Shown piece after piece: positions 51,798 through 63,246 of a stretch of DNA of 64,000 bases. Both the position numbers and the translations under genes were made by a program. Every line of letters begins with the position of its first letter. Positions within the stretch are counted from its first letter, which is position 1. The notes beneath the pieces were generated by a model. That model saw nothing but the letters and a program-made list of their open reading frames with translations. It had not been told where the DNA came from and did not search any database. The DNA comes from Candidatus Magasanikiibacteriota bacterium (GTDB lineage: Bacteria; Patescibacteriota; Patescibacteriia; Magasanikbacterales; GWA2-37-8): positions 7,333-71,332 of the forward strand of contig CAWJAS010000002.1 in NCBI GenBank assembly GCA_963840935.1. The letters run 5' to 3'.

Positions 51798-52891
51798 AAA
51801 TTATTTTTTTTGTTAAGACACTCAATAATACCGATTAAAATCATATTGGCAAGGAGCGATGAACCGCCAGAACTGACAAAAGGCAAAGTGACACCTGTCA
51901 CTGGCATGATGCCAATATTAGCTCCAATGTTAATGAATAATTGCGAAAAAAACAAGATGGCTGCACCCATGGCGCAAAGAGCGGTAAAGTCGTCTTTTGT
52001 CCGTCTGGCAATCAAAACCAGGCGCCAAATAATAAGCATAAATAAAAATAAAATGACAGCCACTCCGGCCAAGCCAAGCTCTTCGCTGATAACCGAAAAA
52101 ATAAAGTCAGTCTGTGTTTCCGGCAAAAAACGCAACTGACTTTGCGAACCAAAACCCAAACCGCGTCCGAATACTCCACCCGAACCGACGGCAATTACCG
52201 ATTGAATCGTGTTGTAACCGGAACCCAATGGGTCGCGTGAAGGGTCCATAAAATTTAAAACCCGGTCTTTTTGGTATGGAGCAAGCAAATACATCCAAGC
52301 AAAAACCGAAATAGCGCAAAAAAGCGCGACAAAAGCGATTAAATATAATTTTCTAACACCAACAATCCACATCAGGCCAAACCAAATAGCCCCGAGCAAT
52401 ATCGCCGAACCCAAATCAGGCTGAAGCAATGTTAAAAAAATAGGTATTAATGTAATGACTCCCGTGCCCAAAAAAAACAAAGGCCTGTCAAAACGACGAC
52501 CGAAGTTGGAAGCAACATAGGCAAGCATTAATATCAGACCGACTTTTGCAAACTCAACCGGCTGAATGGAAAAACCGGGAAAAGCAAACCAACCGGTTGT
52601 GCCACGAATATTATCCCCAAAAAATAAAACAGCGACAAGAAACAAAACAGTTATGGTATAAAACCACTTGGCGTAGGCCCGAAAAATTGTCGGCGCGGCA
52701 AAGGCCGATAAAAATAAAAAAACCGCTCCAACACCAAAAGCGGCCAATTGTTTTTTACTATAAATCAAAGCCGAGCCTCGAGACAAGTCAACGCTGTAAA
52801 TAGCGGCAAAACCGATCGCGCATAACAAAAAAATCGCCGCCAAAAGAGGCCAATCAAACTCGCGCCATGAAACTCTGTTAAAAATCCTCAT
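51794..52891 (-). CDS. SEDS-family peptidoglycan polymerase RodA/FtsW
   Basis: 10-TM protein with ...PETQTDFIFSVISEELGLAGV... and C-terminal PFVSSGGSSLLANMILIGIIE. Confidence 0.85.
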   Translation of the reverse strand: MRIFNRVSWREFDWPLLAAIFLLCAIGFAAIYSVDLSRGSALIYSKKQLAAFGVGAVFLFLSAFAAPTIFRAYAKWFYTITVLFLVAVLFFGDNIRGTTGWFAFPGFSIQPVEFAKVGLILMLAYVASNFGRRFDRPLFFLGTGVITLIPIFLTLLQPDLGSAILLGAIWFGLMWIVGVRKLYLIAFVALFCAISVFAWMYLLAPYQKDRVLNFMDPSRDPLGSGYNTIQSVIAVGSGGVFGRGLGFGSQSQLRFLPETQTDFIFSVISEELGLAGVAVILFLFMLIIWRLVLIARRTKDDFTALCAMGAAILFFSQLFINIGANIGIMPVTGVTLPFVSSGGSSLLANMILIGIIECLNKKNNL

Positions 52892-52896
52892 AATGC

Positions 52897-53862
52897 CTAT
52901 CTTCTCGGCAAAAGATACACTTCTTTCTTATAAAGGTCAATAACCGGATAAAGGATAATTTCGTTAACCGACAAACCCTCGGCATAATTGCGCAAATCAA
53001 TCATTTTCTTTTCCAAAGAACCAAAATCAACCAAATCAAAACGCATTATGCCAACCATATTTTGATTTTGAAAAAGTCCCAAATAAAATAACGGATTTCT
53101 ATAGCCGTAGGCGCTGTTATTAAAAATTTCAAAACTGATGGCGTGAGCCAAAGAACCGCCTTCGCCGGCATAACTAAAAGTAAAATTATTAATCGAAAAA
53201 TTTATTCTTTCATCTTGCCAGGCAACCGGTTCGGTGATTTCATGAGCCGAAATTCTTTGCCAGTGCACATTTTCAATAACCACGCTTGGCGCTCCGACAA
53301 AATCATAACTATCAAGACCAAAGCTCACAATCGGGCGCGATTGCATGGGTAATAAAAAATCACTTTGCTTTTCGGTCGAATTTCCGCCAAAAATAAAATA
53401 GTAATCAAAATAAACCGCGTATCTTTCGTTTGGGTTGCGAACCTCCGCCAAAGCGTCAACTATATTTTTTCCGCTCATTAAAGATTGCGAGTTCAAAATT
53501 TCCAATGGCTCGGGGCTAAACCCGGGGTGCAGGGCCGAATAATTAACAGACATGGTTAATTGACGATCCATCTCATTGCCGGCTGTAAGATCAAAATATA
53601 AAATATTAAACGCTCGCCAAAGTGAAAAACCGATAGTTAAAGAGCACAGCAAAATTAAAGACCCGACTCCGAGCCGATAAAGAAGCAATTTATTTTTGAC
53701 AAACCAAACCGCCCAAGTAAATTGGCCGGCGTCAAACCCCCCGCTTAAATCAACATACTTTTTAATATTCGGTTTGACGGTTTTACTCTCTGGCACAGGC
53801 TTCGTGGCATCGATTTTTTCTTCGCCGTTTTGGCGATTCATTTGACTATAAAAATTTACCAT
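52897..53862 (-). CDS. hypothetical membrane protein (single TM) downstream-coupled to rodA
   Basis: long ORF, TM helix near residue 60, no domain recognised. Confidence 0.5.
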   Translation of the reverse strand: MVNFYSQMNRQNGEEKIDATKPVPESKTVKPNIKKYVDLSGGFDAGQFTWAVWFVKNKLLLYRLGVGSLILLCSLTIGFSLWRAFNILYFDLTAGNEMDRQLTMSVNYSALHPGFSPEPLEILNSQSLMSGKNIVDALAEVRNPNERYAVYFDYYFIFGGNSTEKQSDFLLPMQSRPIVSFGLDSYDFVGAPSVVIENVHWQRISAHEITEPVAWQDERINFSINNFTFSYAGEGGSLAHAISFEIFNNSAYGYRNPLFYLGLFQNQNMVGIMRFDLVDFGSLEKKMIDLRNYAEGLSVNEIILYPVIDLYKKEVYLLPRR

Positions 53863-54001
53863 AAAATTATTACTTTTTTGTTAATATATTATACCCTATT
53901 TTTACACCTTTGCCAAAATATCAATCAGCCAGAGCCTTGCCAGCGGGGATATAAATATGATAAAATTAAGCCACTGTTAAATGTTATTTTATATTTATTG
54001 A

Positions 54002-56257
<2,256 letters not shown>

Positions 56258-56285
56258 AGATATTTTTAACATATCCACCCACCTC

Positions 56286-56314
56286 TTGACATTTCTCAAG
56301 CTTTCATATATAGT
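56286..56314 (+). promoter_or_regulatory. sigma-70 promoter (TTGACA-17-TATAGT) for secE-nusG-rplK
   Basis: cTTGACAtttctcaagctttcataTATAGT. Confidence 0.45.
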
Positions 56315-56323
56315 AGCCTCATA

Positions 56324-56343
56324 ACGGCCCGAGGCCGTTTTTA
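56324..56343 (+). terminator. short hairpin plus T5 immediately downstream of the promoter (gyrB terminator and/or leader attenuator)
   Basis: acggcc-cga-ggccgt-ttttt. Confidence 0.35.
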
Positions 56344-56365
56344 AATCCAAAAAAATAACAATTTT

Positions 56366-56551
56366 ATGAACAAAATCATCGATTACATTAAAAGCTCTTA
56401 CGCTGAAATGCGAAAAGTATCGTGGCCGACAAAAAAACAAACTTTTAACTATTCACTTTTGGTTATCGGTTTATCAGTCGGAACTGCATTGTTTTTTGTG
56501 GTTCTTGATTACGTATTCAACCTCGGATTCGAGGTTTTAATTTCTCGCTAA
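56366..56551 (+). CDS. secE: preprotein translocase subunit SecE
   Basis: 61 aa with single C-terminal TM, KSSYAEMRKVSWPTKKQTFNYSLLVIGLSVGTALFFVVLD; directly precedes nusG. Confidence 0.8.
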   Translation: MNKIIDYIKSSYAEMRKVSWPTKKQTFNYSLLVIGLSVGTALFFVVLDYVFNLGFEVLISR

Positions 56552-56562
56552 TATAGGAGGAT

Positions 56563-57108
56563 ATGGCTAAACAAACATTAAACTTGGGTCGCCGATGGTA
56601 TGTTCTTCACACATACAGCGGTTATGAAGAAAACGTCAAAAGCAATTTGGAACAAAGAATTGAGTCGTTCGATATGGGCGACAAAATTTTTAACGTAATG
56701 GTGCCGAAAGAGAAAAAAATAAAAATCAAAAACGGCAAAAGAACAACTATCGAAGAGAAAATATTTCCCGGCTATGTACTAGTAGAAATGATGGTAACGG
56801 ACGATTCGTGGTATATGGTCAGAAACACGCCAAATGTGACCGGTTTTATCGGCTCAGGCACTACTCCGACCCCGATTGATAACAAAGAAGTCGAAACTTT
56901 AATGAAACGCGTATCGGCCGACGAACCGCAACACACAATTGACGTGGAAGAAAATGATGTGGTCAAAATTTCCGACGGACCTTTCAAAAATTTTGAAGGA
57001 AAAGTCAGCGCCATTGACCATGAACGCGGAAAAATAAAAGTAATGGTGACAATGTTTGGCAGAGAAACTCCGGTAGAGCTGGACGCCTTGCAGGTTAAAA
57101 AGATTTAA
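56563..57108 (+). CDS. nusG: transcription termination/antitermination factor NusG
   Basis: RWYVLHTYSGYEENVKSNL...FPGYVLVEM...KOW VKISDGPFKNFEGKVSAIDHERGKIKVMVTMFGRETPVEL. Confidence 0.95.
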   Translation: MAKQTLNLGRRWYVLHTYSGYEENVKSNLEQRIESFDMGDKIFNVMVPKEKKIKIKNGKRTTIEEKIFPGYVLVEMMVTDDSWYMVRNTPNVTGFIGSGTTPTPIDNKEVETLMKRVSADEPQHTIDVEENDVVKISDGPFKNFEGKVSAIDHERGKIKVMVTMFGRETPVELDALQVKKI

Positions 57109-57167
57109 CGAACTAACTCGTTGCCTCGTTCACGAGGGCTTCTCAGCGAGAAATTAAAAATAATTTT

Positions 57168-57590
57168 ATGGCAAAAAAAGTAGTAACACAAATCAAATTA
57201 CAAATTGTCGGTGGATCGGCTAACCCGGCCCCGCCGGTCGGTCCGGCGCTCGGCCAACACGGCTTGAATATTGCCGGATTCTGCAAAGAATTCAACGACA
57301 AAACCCAAGACAAAAAAGGCGAAGTGGTACCGGTGATTATCACCGTTTACGAAGACAGAACTTTTGACTTTATCATGAAAGCGGCGCCGGTGGCAGAAAT
57401 GATAAAAAAAGCGGCCGGCATCCAAAAAGGTTCCGCCAAACCGCTTCAAGAGAAGGTTGGCAAAATAACAAAAACGCAAGTTAAAGAAATCGCCGAAAAG
57501 AAAATGCAAGATATGAACGCCAAAGACGTTGAAGGCGCGATGAAAATGGTGGAAGGCACGGCAAAGCAAATGGGAGTGACCGTTGAATAA
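57168..57590 (+). CDS. rplK: 50S ribosomal protein L11
   Basis: [43 protein letters not shown]...[13 protein letters not shown]. Confidence 0.95.
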   Translation: MAKKVVTQIKLQIVGGSANPAPPVGPALGQHGLNIAGFCKEFNDKTQDKKGEVVPVIITVYEDRTFDFIMKAAPVAEMIKKAAGIQKGSAKPLQEKVGKITKTQVKEIAEKKMQDMNAKDVEGAMKMVEGTAKQMGVTVE

Positions 57591-57600
57591 GAGTAAAATA

Positions 57601-57636
57601 AAAACGCCTCTGAAATAACAGAGGCGTTTTTTATTT
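57601..57636. terminator. bidirectional rho-independent terminator between rplK and queA
   Basis: aaaacgcctctg-aaataa-cagaggcgtttttt. Confidence 0.6.
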
Positions 57637-58725
57637 TATAAACATGGCGTCGCCGAAAGAATAAAATCTATATTTTTGATTAACCGCTTCCTCATAACAT
57701 CGCAACAAAAATTCTCGGTCGCCGGCAAAAGCCGAGGTCAACATTATCAGTGTTGATTTTGGCAAATGAAAATTGGTGATTAGGGCATCGATTATTTTAA
57801 ATTCAAACCCCGGATAAATAAAAATATTAATATCTCCATTGTAAGGACGCAATTCACCTTTGTGAAGTTCGGCAATTCCTTCAAGCGCCCGGGCGGTAGT
57901 TGTACCAACGGCAATCACTCGCCTATTTTCCGCCTTGGCCGACCTAATCAAACTAACGTTCTTGTCGGTTAGCTCAACCCATTCCGAATGCATATTATGC
58001 TCTTCAACTTTTTTTTCTTTTACCGGCTGAAAGGTTCCGAGCCCGACATGCAATGTTATTTCGGCAAACTCCACTCCGATTGATTTTATTTTTTGGATCA
58101 ACTCATTGGTAAAATGAAATCCGGCAGTTGGCGCGGCCACCGAACCTTCTTTTTGCGCATACACAGTCTGATATTTTTCGGACAAATCACCTGAAGGATT
58201 TTCAATTTTAATATAGGGAGGAGTCGGCACTTCGCCATAACGATTGGCCTTTTCTCTAACCACCACATCTTCTTCATCAAATTGAACCAAAACCGTGCCA
58301 TCCGATTCTTTAACAATTACCTCGCAAGAAAAATCTTCGGCAAAAACAACTTTCATTCCCAAACGAAGTTTTTTTGCCGGTTTGGCCAGGGCCTTCCAAA
58401 CGCCATGATTTTCCATCGGACGCAAAAGAAATATTTCAACTTTCGGTGCGTTAAAAATTACTTCCGATGAATTCGATAAATCTATTCCGGCGACAACGGG
58501 ATTGGCCATAACCAACCCACGCAAACGAGCCTTAAAAACTTTTGAATTATTCCAAACCAATAAGTCCCCTTTTCGCAAATACTCAATAATATCATAAAAA
58601 TGCCGATGCTCAATCGTTTTATTTTTTTTATCAATCACCATCAATCGTGAATGGTCGCGTGGTTCAATCGGCATTTGAGCGATGGCTTCCTTTGGTAAAT
58701 TGTAATCAAAATCGGAAGTAAACAT
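57631..58725 (-). CDS. queA: S-adenosylmethionine:tRNA ribosyltransferase-isomerase QueA
   Basis: MFTSDFDYNLPKEAIAQMPIEPRDHSRLMV...ELHKGELRPYNGDINIFIYPGFEFKIIDALITNFHLPKSTL. Confidence 0.9.
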   Translation of the reverse strand: MFTSDFDYNLPKEAIAQMPIEPRDHSRLMVIDKKNKTIEHRHFYDIIEYLRKGDLLVWNNSKVFKARLRGLVMANPVVAGIDLSNSSEVIFNAPKVEIFLLRPMENHGVWKALAKPAKKLRLGMKVVFAEDFSCEVIVKESDGTVLVQFDEEDVVVREKANRYGEVPTPPYIKIENPSGDLSEKYQTVYAQKEGSVAAPTAGFHFTNELIQKIKSIGVEFAEITLHVGLGTFQPVKEKKVEEHNMHSEWVELTDKNVSLIRSAKAENRRVIAVGTTTARALEGIAELHKGELRPYNGDINIFIYPGFEFKIIDALITNFHLPKSTLIMLTSAFAGDREFLLRCYEEAVNQKYRFYSFGDAMFIK

Positions 58726-58732
58726 AATTTTT

Positions 58733-59605
58733 TTACCTCAAATACCTATAAACATTCGCGTTGTGTTCGTCGAGTGTTTCGGCATAGCGAGTGATACCAT
58801 CTTTCCCACTCATAAAATACCAATAGCTGTTCGCTTTGGGATAAACCACGGCTTCAATGGCGGTAATACCCGGATTACTGATGGCCCCATAAGGCAAACC
58901 CGGATATTTATATGTATTAAAAGGAGAATCCAACTGCTTGTCATTAGATGAAATTCCCGGATCGTTTTTTCCGGTAATATAATTAACGGTAGCGCAAGAT
59001 TGAAGCGCCCAATCTCTTTTATACCGGCGCCAAAAAATATCAGCCACCATAGACATATCTTCTTTGTGTGCCGCTTCTTTTTCCACGACCGAAGCCATGG
59101 TCAAAATTTCATAAATTGTTTTGCCTTGGCGCTTTATTTCTTCTCGCATCTCTGAAGTAATTTTTTTATTCAAATTGGCGAATATTTTTTTCAAAATATC
59201 CTCGGGCGTTGCGTCGGCATAAACCCGATAAGTATCCGGAAATAAATAACCTTCATATGAAGCGTAACCGGGCTTATCTTCAAACAGGAAGGCCCATTCT
59301 TCATCTTTGGCCAAATCCAAAACAGGGGCTTTTTCTTTGTTTGATTTATAATCATAAGCCGGTTCGCCAAGCAAATCAAAAAGTTCTTCCGGTTTTTCAA
59401 TTATTTTATTTTTTACCCAATCATCGGCAACCTGTCTCAAATTCCAACCGGGAATAATGGTTATATTAATTTCCTCTTTCGGCTCAATCGGCGGCGGAAT
59501 GTATTTTGGATGCGTCTTTTTGTAATAAACATAACCACCCGCTCCCAAAATAATAATAAGGACGATTAAAAAACAATTAATTTTACCTGTTATAGACATA
59601 AGCAT
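58733..59605 (-). CDS. mltG: YceG/MltG-family endolytic murein transglycosylase
   Basis: N-terminal TM, ITIIPGWNLRQVADDW..., GLPYGAISNPG, EHNANVYRYL. Confidence 0.85.
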   Translation of the reverse strand: MLMSITGKINCFLIVLIIILGAGGYVYYKKTHPKYIPPPIEPKEEINITIIPGWNLRQVADDWVKNKIIEKPEELFDLLGEPAYDYKSNKEKAPVLDLAKDEEWAFLFEDKPGYASYEGYLFPDTYRVYADATPEDILKKIFANLNKKITSEMREEIKRQGKTIYEILTMASVVEKEAAHKEDMSMVADIFWRRYKRDWALQSCATVNYITGKNDPGISSNDKQLDSPFNTYKYPGLPYGAISNPGITAIEAVVYPKANSYWYFMSGKDGITRYAETLDEHNANVYRYLR

Positions 59606-59614
59606 TTAAAATTA

Positions 59615-60301
59615 TTAATCAGGCCAATTATCACGCGCCCAGGCCAAACGCTCGGGCACGCCGATATCAATCCAAGATTCTTCCGATGCGTAAACATCCA
59701 AATCTTTTATTTTTGGAAAAACATCGTACTCAATGCTAAACGAATTTTCCGCGGGAAAATATTTTAAAGCGCTTTGATTGAACAAATAAATTCCGCCGTT
59801 AATATATCCCGGCTGTGCCAGCCCTTCTTTTTCTTTGAATTCAAGCAAGCGATTATTTTTATCAAAATACAAAGTACCATAATTTGAAGCATCTTCGACT
59901 TTGGCGCCAAAAATTACCCCATCGCTTTCAGAGCGCAAACTTCGTAACATCTCGTCCAAACCGGCGGTAGTCAAAACATCGCCATTTAAAACGATAACCG
60001 GTTTTTTATTTTGCAAATATTGCGTCCACGCGCGCTTAATAGCGCCACCGGTTCCCAATTTTTCTTCTTCAATTGAATAAACTAATTTCACGCCGTTTAA
60101 TTCACACCCAACTTTGGCGCGCAGTTCATCGGATAAGTGCCCTGCCGCCAGAACAACCTCGCTTACTCCTATTTTTTTTAATTTTTCCAATTGGCAACTT
60201 AAAACACTTTTATTTTTTATTTCCAAAAGAATTTTTGGGATTTTTTTTGTAATGTCGCCCAATCTGGTCGACAACCCTCCACAAAGAATAATCGCATTCA
60301 T
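59615..60301 (-). CDS. sugar-phosphate nucleotidyltransferase (NTP_transferase family)
   Basis: MNAIILCGGLSTRLGDITKKIPKILLEIKNKSVL...LGTGGAIKRA. Confidence 0.8.
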   Translation of the reverse strand: MNAIILCGGLSTRLGDITKKIPKILLEIKNKSVLSCQLEKLKKIGVSEVVLAAGHLSDELRAKVGCELNGVKLVYSIEEEKLGTGGAIKRAWTQYLQNKKPVIVLNGDVLTTAGLDEMLRSLRSESDGVIFGAKVEDASNYGTLYFDKNNRLLEFKEKEGLAQPGYINGGIYLFNQSALKYFPAENSFSIEYDVFPKIKDLDVYASEESWIDIGVPERLAWARDNWPD

Positions 60302-60825
60302 AAAAATAACATTATATATTTTGTCCAGATAGCGACAACGCCGGCTATTGCAATCCCACCAACAATATCAATCGGATAATGAATTCCCGAAAATAAACGG
60401 CCAAAAGATATCCAAACAGCCAAAACGCCAAGTGCCCAAGCTCCGGGAAAACCAAAAATAATTGCCAAAAAATAAATTAAAAAAGCCGACATAGCATGGT
60501 CTGAAGGAAAAGATTTCCAATTCATTAAAGGTGAAAATAGTTTTTTAATGAAAGGCTGATTAACAAACGGGCGAGGTTCTTTAACAAAAAAACCGGCTAC
60601 AATATCAATAACCCAAGCAATAACCCAGGCGATAGCAAAAATAATAAAATGAAAAAATAATGCGTTTCTATCCGGCCAAAATATAATAATGGCGGAGGAA
60701 ATAAACCAGGCCAAAGAAGCGACAATAACCCATTCGGCGCCCGCTCTGGCAAAAGCGTCCAAAATGTAAAAACGCCCTTGATAAGCGTTGATTTTGTCAA
60801 ATAATATTTTATTGTAATCCTTCAT
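60298..60825 (-). CDS. PAP2-family phosphatase (undecaprenyl-diphosphatase-like) membrane protein
   Basis: KEPRPF, SFPSDHAMSAF, GIHYPIDIVGG (PAP2 motifs 1-3). Confidence 0.8.
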   Translation of the reverse strand: MKDYNKILFDKINAYQGRFYILDAFARAGAEWVIVASLAWFISSAIIIFWPDRNALFFHFIIFAIAWVIAWVIDIVAGFFVKEPRPFVNQPFIKKLFSPLMNWKSFPSDHAMSAFLIYFLAIIFGFPGAWALGVLAVWISFGRLFSGIHYPIDIVGGIAIAGVVAIWTKYIMLFL

Positions 60826-60897
60826 AAATAATCTAGGCTTTTAATTTTGATATTTTAGCAATTAAATATTGTTTTAGCAAATGAATATGGGGATTTC

Positions 60898-60926
60898 TTG
60901 CCAAAATCAATGAAAAATGCTATTCT
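60898..60926 (+). promoter_or_regulatory. sigma-70 promoter (TTGCCA-17-TATTCT) for tRNA-Ile
   Basis: TTGCCAaaatcaatgaaaaatgcTATTCT, 10 nt before the tRNA 5' end. Confidence 0.45.
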
Positions 60927-60936
60927 ATGCCCATTC

Positions 60937-61009
60937 GCGCCTGTAGCTCAGGGGTTAGAGCGAACGGCTTATAACCGTTAGGTCGATGGTTCAAATCCAT
61001 CCAGGCGCA
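60937..61009 (+). tRNA. tRNA-Ile with anticodon UAU (reads AUA), CCA not encoded
   Basis: GCGCCUG-UA-GCUC-AGGGGUUA-GAGC-G-AACGG-CUUAUAA-CCGUU-AGGUC-GAUGG-UUCAAAU-CCAUC-CAGGCGC-A. Confidence 0.75.
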
Positions 61010-61057
61010 CAACGCTTAGCGCCACACAAAGCTTAGTGTTCCATATAAGATTAGTAT

Positions 61058-62035
61058 ATGAAATCAGAAAAAATAATTATTGTGAAAAAAATATCCAACG
61101 GCGAACGACTGGATGTTTTTTTATCAAACAAATTAAAAATAACCCGCTCACAAGCGCAAAAAATGATTGATAATGAACAAATTGTAATTAATAATAAAAA
61201 ACCGAAAAAATACGGAGAAGTAGTTAAAGAAAATGACGAGATAAAATTTTGCACAAAAAAAGGTGAAAACAAAAAAATAAATATAAAAAAAGAAACTTCA
61301 CCGATTAAAACAAGCGAACCGATTTTGCCGGTTAAAATTATCGCGGAAACTCCGGATTATTTGATTGTTGAAAAACCATCCGGCATGCTTACTCACCCGA
61401 CGCAGGCCGAAGAAAAAACCACTTTGGTTGATTGGTTAATAAAAAAATATCCAAAAATAAAAAATGTGGGTGAAGATAAAATCAGGCCCGGCATTGTACA
61501 TCGCTTAGACAAAGAAGCATCCGGACTTTTGGTTATTGCCAAAACACAAAAAATGTTTAATCATTTGAAAGAACAATTCAAAAACCGCGAAGTAAAAAAA
61601 GAATATATTGTGCTGGTTCACGGCAGAATTGCCAAAGACTGGGATGAAATAAATTTTCCGATTGGCCGGTCAGAAACAGCCGATAAAATGGCGGCAACTC
61701 CCAAAACAATAAAAGGCTTGCAAAGCGACGTTGGAAAAGAGGCAAGAACCGAATTTTTTATTGAAAAAAGATTTGTTAATTTTGTATTACTGCGCGTTAC
61801 AATTCATACCGGAAGAATGCACCAAATCCGAGCTCATATGCTCGCCTATAATAATCCGGTGGTCGGCGACCCGATATATTTTCAAAAAAAACAAAAAAGA
61901 ATTTGGGATGAAAAATGCGGGCGCCTTTTTTTGCACAGCGCCAAACTGGGATTCAATGATTTGGAAGGAAAATTTGTTGAATTTGAATCTCCCCTGCCGG
62001 AACAATTGCAAAAATTTTTGAAAATTATTAAGTAA
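61058..62035 (+). CDS. rluD: RluA-family 23S rRNA pseudouridine synthase (RluD-like, S4 domain)
   Basis: ERLDVFLSNKLKITRSQAQKMI (S4); catalytic GIVHRLDKEASGLLVIAKT; HQIRAHM. Confidence 0.9.
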   Translation: MKSEKIIIVKKISNGERLDVFLSNKLKITRSQAQKMIDNEQIVINNKKPKKYGEVVKENDEIKFCTKKGENKKINIKKETSPIKTSEPILPVKIIAETPDYLIVEKPSGMLTHPTQAEEKTTLVDWLIKKYPKIKNVGEDKIRPGIVHRLDKEASGLLVIAKTQKMFNHLKEQFKNREVKKEYIVLVHGRIAKDWDEINFPIGRSETADKMAATPKTIKGLQSDVGKEARTEFFIEKRFVNFVLLRVTIHTGRMHQIRAHMLAYNNPVVGDPIYFQKKQKRIWDEKCGRLFLHSAKLGFNDLEGKFVEFESPLPEQLQKFLKIIK

Positions 62036-62065
62036 ATATTTTTTGAAAATTATTAAGATAGAAAT

Positions 62066-62190
62066 TTTTCGGGACTTATTATCTCTCGCAAACAGCGTCG
62101 ACTGTTTCCAGCGAACAGTCGCGCTTCTCGCTCGCCACACGGCTCCTTCGGAGACCGAGCCCGTGTGGCTCCGCGACGTTGCTCAAGACA
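62066..62190. ncRNA. GC-rich (~60%) highly structured 125-nt intergenic element (candidate ncRNA or cis-regulatory RNA; strand uncertain)
   Basis: 11-bp outer stem cgggacttatt...aataagtcccg enclosing aaacag-cgtcga-ctgttt, gcga-acag-tcgc, gccacacgg...ccgtgtggc with UUCG tetraloop, and long-range GUCGCG/CGCGAC pairing. Confidence 0.3.
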
Positions 62191-62254
62191 ATAAGTCCCG
62201 AAAAAAACCATAATTATTTGAAATTTGAAATTTTAATTTTGACATTAATATTAT

Positions 62255-62815
62255 ATGGGCCTACTCGTCATAATTTCTTCTCCCTCGGGCGGTGGTAAGG
62301 ATTCGGTCATTCGCGGACTGATTGAAAAAATTCCGAATGCCTTAAAATTTTTAACCACCACCACTCGCCCGCCAAGGCCGGGTGAAAAAAATGGCATTGA
62401 TTACCATTTTGTATCACGCGAAGATTTTGAAAAAATGATAAAAAACAATGAAATGGTAGAATACAATGTATATGCCGACAATTATTACGGCACGGAAAAA
62501 ACTCGTCTTGATGAATTGTTAAGCAATAATTCTGTTGTTTTTTCCAACATCGAAATAAACGGCAAGCGTAATTTTGATAAAGCCGGTCGAGAAAATTTAT
62601 CTATTTTTTTACTGCCTGAAAGTTTGGAAATTCTTAGGCAAAGAATTGAAGCGCGCGGAGGTTTAACGCCGGATATTATTGAAAAACGCCTGGAAACGGC
62701 AAAAAAAGAAATTGCCGAGTCAGACATTTATGACTTTAAAATTGTGAATTATCAAGGAAAATTAGATGAAACAATAGAAAAAACCGTCAAAATTATTAAC
62801 GACCGCTTATCATAA
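62255..62815 (+). CDS. gmk: guanylate kinase
   Basis: GLLVIISSPSGGGKDSVIRGL...TTTRPPRPGEKNGIDYHFVSREDF. Confidence 0.95.
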   Translation: MGLLVIISSPSGGGKDSVIRGLIEKIPNALKFLTTTTRPPRPGEKNGIDYHFVSREDFEKMIKNNEMVEYNVYADNYYGTEKTRLDELLSNNSVVFSNIEINGKRNFDKAGRENLSIFLLPESLEILRQRIEARGGLTPDIIEKRLETAKKEIAESDIYDFKIVNYQGKLDETIEKTVKIINDRLS

Positions 62816-62868
62816 TCCCGTCTATTGACAATTAACCGCAAATAAGCTAAAATAAGCCGGCAATTATT

Positions 62869-63210
62869 ATGAATCAATTCAATATGGATAATGAAAAAAC
62901 AACCGTATATAAACCGGGCATGGTGGTAAAAGTTCACCAAATAATCAAGGAGCTTAACGCCAAAGGCGAAGAAAAAGAGCGTATCCAGATTTATGAAGGA
63001 ACAATCATCGCCGTCAAGCACGGGCTTGAAAAAGGCGCGACCATCACCGTAAGAAAAATTTCAGATGGAGTGGGAGTAGAAAAAATATTCCCAATTCATT
63101 CGCCGGTAGTGGCAAAAATTGAAGTGGCGCGGGAGCTCGCCGTGAGAAGAGCGAAACTGCATTACTTGCGCGATCCAAAATTCAAACGAAAAATGAAAGA
63201 AAAGAAATAA
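62869..63210 (+). CDS. rplS: 50S ribosomal protein L19
   Basis: [65 protein letters not shown]. Confidence 0.95.
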   Translation: MNQFNMDNEKTTVYKPGMVVKVHQIIKELNAKGEEKERIQIYEGTIIAVKHGLEKGATITVRKISDGVGVEKIFPIHSPVVAKIEVARELAVRRAKLHYLRDPKFKRKMKEKK

Positions 63211-63211
63211 A

Positions 63212-63246
63212 AAAATCGTCCCGCTATTGGGACGATTTTTTTATTT
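63212..63246. terminator. bidirectional rho-independent terminator after rplS / uvrA
   Basis: aatcgtccc-gctatt-gggacgatt followed by T7. Confidence 0.6.

Noticed and set aside
62231-62236. TTGACA immediately upstream of gmk as its -35 element
   Set aside because: It lies only 19 nt before the gmk ATG with no -10 hexamer at the proper spacing; more likely fortuitous. gmk is probably co-transcribed with rluD or from within the structured element.
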